Program-made: the position numbers and the translations under genes
In this document: positions 27,452-36,842 of the stretch, piece after piece
How the letters are laid out: each line of letters opens with the position of its first letter
Numbering within the stretch: position 1 is the first letter of the stretch
Assembly (NCBI GenBank): GCA_024451685.1
Contig: JAMXCW010000006.1
Location: 5,218-69,217, forward strand
Length of the DNA stretch: 64,000 nucleotides
Reading direction: 5' to 3'
Source of the DNA: Candidatus Bathyanammoxibius amoris
GTDB lineage: Bacteria; Planctomycetota; Brocadiia; Brocadiales; Bathyanammoxibiaceae
The notes under the pieces: generated by a model
Database searches by the model: none
What the model was told of the DNA's origin: nothing
What the model saw: only the letters and a program-made list of their open reading frames with translations

Positions 27452-29932
27452 TTATCGAGATGCGATCTCAGCGACCACAGCCCTCGTGGAATCTTCCGCC
27501 CGCCGCCTCTCCGGTGCCAAAAACGTCGCGACAAGAAAACGGCCCGTGTGGTACGCAGTGGAGTAACGCCCGTTTTTGTCCTCAAAGCACTGAAGCTTGC
27601 CCTCGAGCAAGGGGCTTTCACCCCAGGAACTTCTCAGTTTAACGAAGTTCTTCCACGCCTGGCGAGCACTCTCCGTGTTGGGGTACTCTGCAACCATGAG
27701 CTTCATCGTGGGCAGGTCCTTCCCGGACTCATATTCCGCAACTACAGCATCGGTCTCGCCGTCCAGGCCAAAGACGTTCTCTTCTATAACCTCGTCACTT
27801 ATATAGATGTTGTCAAGAATTATACTGCTGTGAAAGAACTTAGTTCGCCCCTGAAGCAACCCCTCACCCGGTAAATAGTCCAAAAGCGCAGGCCGTGCGG
27901 ACTCGCCGTGGGGCAACCTCTCAAGGATCGCCACGGCAATATGAACCACCTGCTCCAGATCCACGTCGCTTGAGCCGGGTTCAAGACGGATATAGTGCCT
28001 GCCCTTCCACACCCAGACGTAATTCTCGAACACAGTACCCTCGTCCCCAAGGTAGTACCTCTCTCCCGACCTGTCGTAGCTATACGCCCCGAACGCGTCA
28101 TCGCTTGAGCCAAACGTCCACAACTCAACCAGCACCTCCCTGCCCTCCGGGTCTCCATAACGTGTCACACTCACCTCCCGGTAAGAATACGTGCGGTAGG
28201 GCTCGGCCGCGCCGTCTATATACTCATAAAGGCCGTCTTCCCCTGCATACACACTGGCCTCTGAAAGCATCTTCCATCCACCTATCACCCGCGGAAATAA
28301 ACCCTCCGCCGCCGAGGCAACCGGCATCTCAAATCTTACGGCTAACTGCGGCTGCATACCTTCAACAACGATGGCCGCCTTGCCCACAACGGGACAGGCA
28401 TACTCGCAGAAACCACACCCGTTGCAAACCTCTTCCCTCACGAACGGCCGCATTATCTCACGGCCCTCCCCGTCAGTGTACGTATTAAAATGAATCGCCT
28501 TGGAGGGTACCGGACATACCTCTTCACACACGCCGCAGTTAACGTCGTGCCAGTCCTTCTTGAGGGCGGGCAGTCCCGCATAACCCACCCAGGGTATGCA
28601 GCGACTCCAGTCTATACGCGCCTTGCCTATGGCCGTCTTCTGCTTCTCCGGCAGCTCCAGCGGTTCTATGGCGCCCGAGGGACACACGTGGCTGCACAGG
28701 GTACAGGTATACTCACAGTGCCCTATCCTGGGTATCAGCCTGGGCGTCCACGCCGCCTCCAGACCGGCCTCCATCAGCGTGGGATGCAGTCCGTTCGTCT
28801 TGCACACCTTCATGCACTCCCCGCAACTGACACACCTTGCCAGAAATTCCTCCTCACCCACAGAGCCGGGCGGGCGGATGACCCCGTGTCCCTTGCCGGA
28901 CCTCCAGGGGAAATTGAACCCCAGCATCGGTACGGCGGCAATACCGGCAAAACAGGCTGTAACCAGACCCCTCTTTGAGAGGTCCACCTCACGGAGCTGG
29001 GGGACACCACCGCCCCTGAATCGTATTGCATCGCTGGGGCATACCTCCTGACAGTCCATGCAGAGTATGCATTCCCCCGCCTGAGTGGCCCTTCCTTCCT
29101 CTGTTATACACCCCATCCTGCATCCCTTTTCACACAGACCGCATACCTCACAGTCCTCCCGCACCCTCCTCTGCCAGTGGGCCCCCACAGACGCCAGCGC
29201 CAGCAACGCACCCATCGGACAGAGGTTCCTGCACCAGTACCGTCTGAAGACCAGCCCGAAAGAAACAATGGCCAGGAAAATGACCAGGAAGGCCGAATGG
29301 TTGCGGAAGAAGGGTTCGCGTTCCACAAAAAGCATTTTATCTGAAAGCTCGTGCGCGGGCGCGGCCAATGCGCCCACGACAGGCAGTCCATACATAAAAT
29401 CGAAGATACCCGAGGAAAGCGCCACAACGTATGGATGGACCAGGACGGAATAGACGTTCGTCGCCAGGCTCAGCGGGTCAAACCATCCCACTATCTGCCT
29501 GCTCAGAAAGAGGCTGAGCAGGAGGAAGGCCAGCAGATAATATTTAAGCCGCTTGCCGTTATAGGGCGTCCACCCAGCCTTAGGCTCATCAGTCCGCGAC
29601 CCCTTAAAAATCTTGTCCGTGAGGTCTATCGTGGTGCCGAACGGGCAGACCCACCCGCAGAAGAACCGCCCCATAACCAGGGTCATGGCAATAAGTACCA
29701 GCGCGGGCCAGTACTGGGTTACGAGCTCCCCGGCGGCTACGCTCACCCCCAGGCCGGAGAGGGGACTGAGGCGCAGGAATATATTCCCGTCGGAAAAATC
29801 GGCAGAGGTCAGCGGGTCCAGATATATTAAGAGTATTAGAAACACCGCGAGACTGAGGGCCTGTGACCACTTCCGCAGTTTATACGCCCGGAAAGGTTTC
29901 TTTTTTTCCTGTGACATTTGTCCTACCAGCAT
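27452..29932 (-). CDS. Membrane polyferredoxin (NapH/MauN-like N-terminal half with about six CxxCxxCxxxC motifs) fused to a ~300-aa uncharacterised C-terminal domain
   Basis: FCGWVCPFGT; CEVCGLCEKGC, CILCMDCQEVC, CVSCGECMKVC, CTLCSHVCP, CGVCEEVCP, CNGCGFCEYACP; several TM helices. I cannot assign the C-terminal ~300 aa to a family. Confidence 0.7.
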   Translation of the reverse strand: MLVGQMSQEKKKPFRAYKLRKWSQALSLAVFLILLIYLDPLTSADFSDGNIFLRLSPLSGLGVSVAAGELVTQYWPALVLIAMTLVMGRFFCGWVCPFGTTIDLTDKIFKGSRTDEPKAGWTPYNGKRLKYYLLAFLLLSLFLSRQIVGWFDPLSLATNVYSVLVHPYVVALSSGIFDFMYGLPVVGALAAPAHELSDKMLFVEREPFFRNHSAFLVIFLAIVSFGLVFRRYWCRNLCPMGALLALASVGAHWQRRVREDCEVCGLCEKGCRMGCITEEGRATQAGECILCMDCQEVCPSDAIRFRGGGVPQLREVDLSKRGLVTACFAGIAAVPMLGFNFPWRSGKGHGVIRPPGSVGEEEFLARCVSCGECMKVCKTNGLHPTLMEAGLEAAWTPRLIPRIGHCEYTCTLCSHVCPSGAIEPLELPEKQKTAIGKARIDWSRCIPWVGYAGLPALKKDWHDVNCGVCEEVCPVPSKAIHFNTYTDGEGREIMRPFVREEVCNGCGFCEYACPVVGKAAIVVEGMQPQLAVRFEMPVASAAEGLFPRVIGGWKMLSEASVYAGEDGLYEYIDGAAEPYRTYSYREVSVTRYGDPEGREVLVELWTFGSSDDAFGAYSYDRSGERYYLGDEGTVFENYVWVWKGRHYIRLEPGSSDVDLEQVVHIAVAILERLPHGESARPALLDYLPGEGLLQGRTKFFHSSIILDNIYISDEVIEENVFGLDGETDAVVAEYESGKDLPTMKLMVAEYPNTESARQAWKNFVKLRSSWGESPLLEGKLQCFEDKNGRYSTAYHTGRFLVATFLAPERRRAEDSTRAVVAEIASR

Positions 29933-30201
29933 ATCACCTTATCGGAGTCAAAGATGAGCTTAATCATCTCATCATAATCAATCGAAGGATACGGCAACTC
30001 TACGGCCCGGGCCGCGGCGTCGTCCTTTAACACCATAGTCTTCAGCCCTTTAAGGCGGTCTTCCGCGGTCAACACCGCGTCATGTATGAGTAACACGGCC
30101 AGATGACCGTCCCCTGCCGCGGAGTTTTTGCCGGCCTGGTCAACGGCCGTCGAGATGGCAAGCGCGTGGTCCTTTTCTTTGATTACGTGGAGCGTCTTCA
30201 T
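29923..30201 (-). CDS. DsrH/TusB-like protein
   Basis: 92 aa, ending ...SDKVICW, third in a DsrE/F/H-sized trio. It overlaps the polyferredoxin start by 10 nt. Confidence 0.55.
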   Translation of the reverse strand: MKTLHVIKEKDHALAISTAVDQAGKNSAAGDGHLAVLLIHDAVLTAEDRLKGLKTMVLKDDAAARAVELPYPSIDYDEMIKLIFDSDKVICW

Positions 30202-30202
30202 G

Positions 30203-30553
30203 TTATTGCCAGGGTATTACCCTGTCCGCGTTCGCAAGCATTTCTATTACCCGTTCACCGGGTAATATCTCAGCCTCTGCACCTAATTCGTTGATACCCC
30301 TTTTCTCAAGAGATTCCTTCTCCGCCACCACCCTGTGCCCGAGGAGCCGCAGGGCGTCCAGATGTTTATATATTATTCCCGACTCTATCAGCCCGGGGTC
30401 TGTCCTGCGGAGCAGGTGCACGCCGTCGCCCATGAACAAGACCGTTACCTTATTGTCTTCCTCCAGGGTAAGGCCCACCGACATGCGAAGCCCCTCCGAA
30501 TTTCTGAGCGTGTTGAACGGGGGCCTATGTATTATAACGACCACGTCTGCCAT
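30203..30553 (-). CDS. DsrF/TusC-like protein
   Basis: DsrE-family fold landmarks (VVVIIHRPPFNTLRNSEGLRMSVGL, VLFMGDGV). There is a 1-nt gap to the dsrH-like start. The ORF is open to TTG 30577. Confidence 0.55.
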   Translation of the reverse strand: MADVVVIIHRPPFNTLRNSEGLRMSVGLTLEEDNKVTVLFMGDGVHLLRRTDPGLIESGIIYKHLDALRLLGHRVVAEKESLEKRGINELGAEAEILPGERVIEMLANADRVIPWQ

Positions 30554-30618
30554 AAGATTTTGCCGTCTAAAGAACAATTGTGTATCGAGTGGGGGGGGCT
30601 GCCGGATTGCTCCTGAAA

Positions 30619-30927
30619 CTAGTTAAAGGATAGAAAGCGGTCAGAGTCTTTTACCAGGGAAGCCAGGTCGTACTGGCTGCCCCAATGCACAAAGTCCTTC
30701 CTCTCCACCTTGCGCTCCACGGCGTTATGGGCGCATACCACCACCCTTACCCCCCTTGCCGAGAGTTCGGCCAGCCGGGAGTCCTCCAGGTGGTACACTC
30801 CGTCGCACATAAGGAACATCTCCACCGCAATCCCCGCCTTCAGGGCCGCCTCTGCCAGCCGTACCACCGTATGGGTGTTCTCACTCTCCGGGCTGGTGGT
30901 TAGAAGAATGCCCAACTTTTTATTCAT
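30619..30927 (-). CDS. DsrE/TusD-like protein with a conserved Cys
   Basis: LGILLTTSPESENTHTVVRLAEAALKAG, FLMCDGV, and VVVCAHNAVERKV (Cys at the position of the DsrE/TusD active-site Cys). Confidence 0.6.
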   Translation of the reverse strand: MNKKLGILLTTSPESENTHTVVRLAEAALKAGIAVEMFLMCDGVYHLEDSRLAELSARGVRVVVCAHNAVERKVERKDFVHWGSQYDLASLVKDSDRFLSFN

Positions 30928-30972
30928 GTCGTTCTCTCAATACGGGTTATCGCCGTCTTCGCATTGCTCTCT

Positions 30973-31001
30973 ATAATAACACCGAACCCAAACGTAGTCA
31001 A
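30973..31001 (-). promoter_or_regulatory. Sigma70-like promoter TTGACT-N17-TATTAT (read on the minus strand)
   Basis: Located about 45 nt upstream of the dsrE-like start and downstream of a GC-rich hairpin that follows folC. Confidence 0.4.
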
Positions 31002-31073
31002 AATATCTTCCGTAAATAGGGCAGTATCTTAATTGCGGGGGCGGTCTGCCGCGTCATCCCCCGCCGCAACGTC

Positions 31074-32423
31074 CTACTCACCCTCAAGCAGTTCCTTCAT
31101 CCTGCCCGCAAGGTAAAAGGAACCTGTGATGCATATACAGTCCTCGGGTCGGGCAAGTTTTTTTGCCAGTCTCAGCGCATCACACGGGTCATCAGCCACC
31201 AGGGCCTCCGCGCCGGGGCGAAGATGCGGCATAATCCTTTCCGCCAGGAGTCCCGGCGGCGCAGACCTCGGGAAGTCCGGGGCCGTCAGAACCACCCTGT
31301 GCGCCATGGGTGCCACCTCTGCAAATATCCCCTCCATGTCCTTATCCATTGACAGGCCCAGTACCAGCACCAGTCTGTCAAAGCTCATAGACTTCCTCAG
31401 GGTGTCCGCCAGGGCCCGCATCGAAGAGACGTTATGGGCGGAGTCCAGGACTACAAGGGGCCGCCTGGAGACCACCTCTATCCGGGCCGCGCACTGGAGG
31501 CCTTCCAGGGCCTTTGCCGCCACCGTCTCATCCCACGAAAGGCCGCCGCTGCCGGCCAACACCTCTACCGCGCCTATGGCAGCGGCAAGATTCTTCGCCT
31601 GATGCTCACCCAGGAGCGGGAGCCGTAGATTATGATAAGTACTTTGCCACGTCTTTATGTCACACACGAGACCGTCGAGCGCGAGACCTTTCCGGCCAAG
31701 AATCTCTATGTCTCTACCTACAAGATAGAGTTGAACGCCCTTTTCATCACATATTTTTTCAATAGCCCCAAGGGCCTCAGGCGGCTGGGGAGAGGAGATG
31801 ACCGGCACACCTTCTTTGATTATGCCCGCCTTCTCACCTGCTATCTGCTCCAGGGTCTCGCCCAACATGTCCATGTGGTCAAAACTAATCCCCGTAATGA
31901 CGGATACGCGAGGTCTTATCACGTTTGTCGCGTCAAGCCGGCCTCCCATACCCGCCTCAAGCACCGCCCAGCCAACCCCCGTGTCTCGAAAATGCATGAG
32001 CGCCAGCACGGTAACCGTCTCGAAGTATGTCGGGGCGAGGAGCGGGTCTTTCCGCCGTTCTTTCTCTATATAGGGCCTCAATTCCCCGAGGAGCCTGCGG
32101 ACGTCGTCTCTTGTTATCAACGTATCGTCCACCTTTATCCTCTCCTCAAGGTGTACCAGGTGCGGTGAGGTAAACAGCCCTACCGGCTTGATATCCGCCT
32201 CGTTAAGGAGGCGTGCAATCATGGCCGCGGTGGAACCCTTGCCCTTGGTGCCGGCCACGTGAACCGCCCGGAGCATTCTGTGGGGGCTGCCTGCCTGAGA
32301 CAAAAGCCGCTCGACACGGTCCAGGTTGAAACCCGGCGTATCGTACTTATAGTCGGTCCGCTTCTCGTAATCTATCGCCTGGAAGAGGAATTCAACGGCC
32401 TCCTCGTAGGAACCAAATCGCAT
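31074..32423 (-). CDS. folC: Bifunctional folylpolyglutamate synthase / dihydrofolate synthase
   Basis: Mur-ligase P-loop HVAGTKGKGST; FolC-type N- and C-terminal regions. Confidence 0.9.
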   Translation of the reverse strand: MRFGSYEEAVEFLFQAIDYEKRTDYKYDTPGFNLDRVERLLSQAGSPHRMLRAVHVAGTKGKGSTAAMIARLLNEADIKPVGLFTSPHLVHLEERIKVDDTLITRDDVRRLLGELRPYIEKERRKDPLLAPTYFETVTVLALMHFRDTGVGWAVLEAGMGGRLDATNVIRPRVSVITGISFDHMDMLGETLEQIAGEKAGIIKEGVPVISSPQPPEALGAIEKICDEKGVQLYLVGRDIEILGRKGLALDGLVCDIKTWQSTYHNLRLPLLGEHQAKNLAAAIGAVEVLAGSGGLSWDETVAAKALEGLQCAARIEVVSRRPLVVLDSAHNVSSMRALADTLRKSMSFDRLVLVLGLSMDKDMEGIFAEVAPMAHRVVLTAPDFPRSAPPGLLAERIMPHLRPGAEALVADDPCDALRLAKKLARPEDCICITGSFYLAGRMKELLEGE

Positions 32424-32506
32424 CTAAACGCCACCTTGACATAATGGTCTCAAAATTATATGCTTCAAGCCCGTAAATAGAGCGCAGCTAACCAGAAGGA
32501 AATGAT

Positions 32507-33586
32507 ATGAAAACAGCAAGGGTGAGTCTAGGCTCAAGGAGTTATAAGGTCCATATCTCCGCCGGGATATTATCGGGCAAACTCGGAAGCCTTATCAGCG
32601 GGTTTCCCGGCATAACTAAAGTCATTATCATAACTGACAAGAACGTGGAGCGGTCTTATGGAGACATTGTAACAAAGGCCCTGCATGATTACAAGCTGGA
32701 TGCTACGGTAGTATCAATTGACCCGGGGGAGGAACAGAAGTCATTGTCAATGGCGGAGGACCTGTACAACAGGCTCTTCGAGCAGGGGGTGGACCGCAAG
32801 GGGTTGATAATTGCGCTGGGCGGTGGAGTAGTGGGAGACCTGGCAGGTTACGTCGCCGCAACATATATGAGGGGAATCCCATACGTCCAGGTGCCGACTA
32901 CACTTGTGGCCCAGATTGACAGCAGTATCGGCGGCAAGGTGGCCGTAAACCACGCCAGGGGGAAGAACCTTATCGGGTGTTTCTATCAGCCGAAGGCCGT
33001 TTACATAGACCCCCTCACCCTGAAGACCCTTCCCAGAGAGGAGATTGCCCAGGGCCTTGTGGAGGTCATTAAATACGGCGTGATACGCGACGCATCGTTC
33101 TTCGATTACCTGGACAAAAACCTCCCCGGGGCGCTTCATCTCGAGCCTGACATCCTGGAAAAAGTGATTGAGAACTGTTGCCGCATTAAGGCGTGGGTGG
33201 TTGAGAGAGACGAGCGGGAGGAGACCGGGCTCAGGTCGATTCTCAACTACGGTCATACCCTGGGTCACGCGATTGAGGCCGTCGGCAAGTACAAGGGACC
33301 ACGCCACGGTGAAGGAGTGGCGATAGGCATGATACTGGCAACGGGTATAGCCGTGCGGCTGGGCATGGCCGATGAAAAGGTCCTTGAGAGGCAGAGACAA
33401 CTCTTACAAAGGGCCGGCGCACCTACTTATTACAGAGAGGATGCGGAGCCGTTATTCGATTTCCTTTATCGCGACAAGAAGACCGTGGGTGGGAGGCTCA
33501 ATTTTGTGCTGCCCGTAAAAATCGGCAAGGTCGTCCTGAAAGAGGTGGATATAGATGTCGTGAGGGAGGTCCTGGCCGGTGGATGA
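32507..33586 (+). CDS. aroB: 3-dehydroquinate synthase
   Basis: GGGVVGDLAGYVAATYMRGIPYVQVPTTLVAQIDSSIGGK; HTLGHAIE. Confidence 0.9.
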   Translation: MKTARVSLGSRSYKVHISAGILSGKLGSLISGFPGITKVIIITDKNVERSYGDIVTKALHDYKLDATVVSIDPGEEQKSLSMAEDLYNRLFEQGVDRKGLIIALGGGVVGDLAGYVAATYMRGIPYVQVPTTLVAQIDSSIGGKVAVNHARGKNLIGCFYQPKAVYIDPLTLKTLPREEIAQGLVEVIKYGVIRDASFFDYLDKNLPGALHLEPDILEKVIENCCRIKAWVVERDEREETGLRSILNYGHTLGHAIEAVGKYKGPRHGEGVAIGMILATGIAVRLGMADEKVLERQRQLLQRAGAPTYYREDAEPLFDFLYRDKKTVGGRLNFVLPVKIGKVVLKEVDIDVVREVLAGG

Positions 33587-34682
33587 GGAATCGAAGGCGC
33601 TCCTGCGCCTGAGCCTTACAAGGGGTATAGGCACCACAACCTACCGCGTGCTGCTGGAGCGATTCGGCTCCGCCTCAGCCATCCTCAGCGCGGACAGAAA
33701 AGACCTGCAGGATACACGCGGGATAGGTACGAAGCTGGCGGACGAGTTTGCGCGTTCCAGGGACAGCGCAGACGTAGACCATGAGCTGGCCCTTACGCAG
33801 GAACACGGTGTCAACATCATCCCGTTCACCCACGAGCACTATCCTCGAAATCTAAAGACCATCTACGACCCCCCTCTTGTCTTGTACGTAAAAGGAGAAA
33901 TAGACCCGAACGACGTCCTGTCTATGGCTATTGTGGGCTCAAGAAGGTGCACCCACTACGGGCAATCTCAGTCCAGGAGGCTCGCAAGGCTCCTTGGCCA
34001 ATCGGGTTTTACTATCATAAGCGGCCTTGCCAGGGGGACGGATACGGCCGCACACCTGGGGGCGCTGGAGGTAGGCGCCAGAACCATCGCCGTAATGGGC
34101 TGCGGTCTGGGAAGGGTGTATCCCAGGGAAAACAGAGAGCTCTCCGAGCGTATAAGCTGCCAGGGCGCGGTTGTCTCAGAGCTGCCGATGCTCACCCCTC
34201 CCACCCAGAAGAACTTTCCCCCGCGAAACCGCCTGATAAGCGGGTTTTCACTGGGTGTGGTAGTGGTGGAGGCGAGCCAGCGGAGCGGCGCGCTGATAAC
34301 CGCACGCTGGGCGCTCGAACAGGGTAAGGAGGTATTCGCCGTGCCGGGCCAGGTTGACAACCCCTACAGCCGCGGCACGCACAGGCTCTTAAAAGACGGT
34401 GCCAAACTTGTTGAAGACGTAAACGATATAATCGAGGAACTGGGCCCGCTGGCGGAGACCCTGGGGCCGGGTGTAAAGGAGGAGGTTGAAGACCCCAGAA
34501 GCCTGGCGCTGAACTCTCAGGAGAAAAAGGTCTTTCTCCTGCTGGGCAGCCAGCCCAAGACCATTGATGAGATAACCGGAGAGTCCAGGCTGCCCGCTTC
34601 AAACGTGGCCAGCACGCTCATGATCCTGGAGATACGAAAGTTCGTAAAACAGCTCTCCGGCAAGAGGTTTGTCAAGATGTAG
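33579..34682 (+). CDS. dprA: DNA-processing protein DprA
   Basis: SGLARGTDTAAH, FPPRNRLISGFS, QRSGALITA. It overlaps the aroB stop by 8 nt. Confidence 0.9.
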   Translation: MDEESKALLRLSLTRGIGTTTYRVLLERFGSASAILSADRKDLQDTRGIGTKLADEFARSRDSADVDHELALTQEHGVNIIPFTHEHYPRNLKTIYDPPLVLYVKGEIDPNDVLSMAIVGSRRCTHYGQSQSRRLARLLGQSGFTIISGLARGTDTAAHLGALEVGARTIAVMGCGLGRVYPRENRELSERISCQGAVVSELPMLTPPTQKNFPPRNRLISGFSLGVVVVEASQRSGALITARWALEQGKEVFAVPGQVDNPYSRGTHRLLKDGAKLVEDVNDIIEELGPLAETLGPGVKEEVEDPRSLALNSQEKKVFLLLGSQPKTIDEITGESRLPASNVASTLMILEIRKFVKQLSGKRFVKM

Positions 34683-34810
34683 AGCTTATGACATTATCAA
34701 AGCCTTTCGGAGATAGCCTTCGATTGAGGGGTAATTTTTTTAATTTTTAGCCCCTTGACATCAAACATATTGCTGTCTACAATTCGTCCTTTGCTCACCC
34801 ATAATTCAAA

Positions 34811-35428
34811 ATGGATATTTCGGACTTAATCGACAGATTCGGCCAGCTACGCTCAGAGGGGTTGGGTATAGACCTTGACAGCGGTAAGGAAGAGGAGGTC
34901 TTCAAGTGGTTTCTGGCCAGCATCCTCTACGGCAAGCGCATTGAAGAAAACGTCGTTATCAATACATACAGGGGTTTTGAGAAGGAAAACATACTCACAC
35001 CAAAAGCAATCCTGGATACTGGCTGGCGCAAACTTGTTATCCTGCTGGATACCGGGGGCTACGTGAGATATGATTTCAATGCGGCGGACAACCTTATTAA
35101 GATATCCGAAAAGCTGCTATCAGAGTATGGCTCCCTGACGGCACTTCATAAAAAGGCCCTGGAATCAAAGGACCTGGAGAAACGACTCTTAGAGTTCCGG
35201 GGCATAGAACCCGCTACAGCAAGCTTTTTCCTCAGAGAGATGCGCCATGTCTGGACCAAGGCCAACCCGGCGATCAGCCCCTACGCGGAACTGGCGGCGG
35301 AAAAGCTTAAGATAAACCTGAAGACACCCGACAGACATACAAAAGACTTTGTCCGTCTTGAATGTGCCCTCCTGAGGGTGGGAAAAAATTACATAAGAAA
35401 GAACAAACCCATCCCTGTCAGCAGTTAG
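34811..35428 (+). CDS. Helix-hairpin-helix (HhH-GPD-like) DNA-glycosylase superfamily protein
   Basis: LLEFRGIEPATASFFLREMR resembles the HhH element of EndoIII-like proteins. No Fe-S Cys cluster is present. Confidence 0.4.
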   Translation: MDISDLIDRFGQLRSEGLGIDLDSGKEEEVFKWFLASILYGKRIEENVVINTYRGFEKENILTPKAILDTGWRKLVILLDTGGYVRYDFNAADNLIKISEKLLSEYGSLTALHKKALESKDLEKRLLEFRGIEPATASFFLREMRHVWTKANPAISPYAELAAEKLKINLKTPDRHTKDFVRLECALLRVGKNYIRKNKPIPVSS

Positions 35429-35457
35429 TTCTTACGATATAAAACAGGGCTGCCGTC

Positions 35458-35922
35458 TTATTGGAGGAGCCCCGCTTTTTTGGATTCCTCAAGTTTTCTC
35501 TCCAGCATCTCCATACTCTTCTGGAATGTAATCAGCCCTTTACCCAGTTTTTGGAGTTTTTTGTCCAAAACCTGCATCTTTTGTGTTACCTTTTTGGTGT
35601 CTGCCTGCATGGCCTTTTCAACGTCTGCAAGCCCCTGCCTGTAGCTCCTGTTTACCTCTTCAAGGCTTTCTGTAAACCGTACTAGCTTTTCGGTAAACTG
35701 GTTCAGTCTGACGTCGAGACTGTTGATAGCTCCATCCACTTTTTTGATTTGCATATTGGTATTATCAACGGCCTGTTCCAGAGGCTGCAGCCTCTCCCGG
35801 GTATCCATCTTCGCCGAGGTTATCTCTTGTTCCACGTACTCCTTAACCCACTGCTGGTTGGCGCCACAACCCGTTAATAGAAAAACGCACAAGAGCCCCG
35901 TTAAGAAAGACCTTTTTCTCAT
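35458..35922 (-). CDS. Coiled-coil lipoprotein
   Basis: Lipobox LLTGC followed by QQWVKEYVEQEI. It is a paralog of the next gene in its N-terminal motif. Confidence 0.5.
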   Translation of the reverse strand: MRKRSFLTGLLCVFLLTGCGANQQWVKEYVEQEITSAKMDTRERLQPLEQAVDNTNMQIKKVDGAINSLDVRLNQFTEKLVRFTESLEEVNRSYRQGLADVEKAMQADTKKVTQKMQVLDKKLQKLGKGLITFQKSMEMLERKLEESKKAGLLQ

Positions 35923-35989
35923 TTTCTATCTCCGTTGGTTAGAAAGTCCGTGCTTGAAACCATGTAATACACCCGCACATTCGGGTTCA

Positions 35990-36775
35990 TCACTCAGGCA
36001 AACCTTTAATCAGTCCACGCAGTTTTTGCTCCAGAGACTCAACGTCCCACTGAGACTGTTCCGCTATCTGTTCAAATAGTACCTTTTGTGTGTTCATTAA
36101 TGCAGACATTTTGACGTCCAGCGCCAACATCCCTTTATTCAGTGTATCTATATCGTTCATTAAGTCTACCCGCAGTTCTCCGACTTCCTTGTGGTATTGC
36201 TGATACTGCGTGTCTATGTGCTCGATGCGCCATGAGACGTCACTTGTTTTCTTGTGAAGCTTTTTCAGCTCCTCGGCCAGAGCAGCTAGGCCCTCCAGAG
36301 GCTGTGATTCCGGTACGTCAATCTCTGGCGGGCGGGCCTCTTCCTGTGCTGATTCTGGTTCTGGTGACGGTTCCTGTGCGGCTTCCGGCACGGTTTCAGT
36401 TACCGCCGGACCCTGTCCCGGGGTTTCCGCGGTATGTTCCAGGGCGGAAAGTCTGGTCTCCATCACATCGGCGTTCTCACTGAGCCACAGCAACTCCTCT
36501 TTATTTTCTTCAAGGGCCAGCTCCAGGGATTCGTGCGTCTTAAGCCCGGCGCCCATTTCCTCCACCTCTTTCCGCAGAGATTTCAACTCTTCCTTGATCC
36601 CCGCAAGGTCGTCCTCGAGCAGCTTGTAACTGTCTGTTTTCAACGGCCCCAGCTCTTGTCGCACATATCCCTTAACCCACTGCTCATCTACGCAACCCGC
36701 CGTTGACAGCATGATGTACAGCGAGAAAACGTAACACAGGACACGTCCTGTCCGGCCCTTTAACTCAGGCATCAT
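35990..36775 (-). CDS. Coiled-coil lipoprotein with an acidic Pro/Glu-rich linker
   Basis: LSTAGC lipobox followed by EQWVKGYVRQEL. Heptad-like composition. Confidence 0.5.
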   Translation of the reverse strand: MMPELKGRTGRVLCYVFSLYIMLSTAGCVDEQWVKGYVRQELGPLKTDSYKLLEDDLAGIKEELKSLRKEVEEMGAGLKTHESLELALEENKEELLWLSENADVMETRLSALEHTAETPGQGPAVTETVPEAAQEPSPEPESAQEEARPPEIDVPESQPLEGLAALAEELKKLHKKTSDVSWRIEHIDTQYQQYHKEVGELRVDLMNDIDTLNKGMLALDVKMSALMNTQKVLFEQIAEQSQWDVESLEQKLRGLIKGLPE

Positions 36776-36842
36776 ATAGCCCCTTAGTCACTATCCCGGT
36801 AAGAAGCAAGAAAGCAAAGGAAATGCTTCGGATTCAATATTC

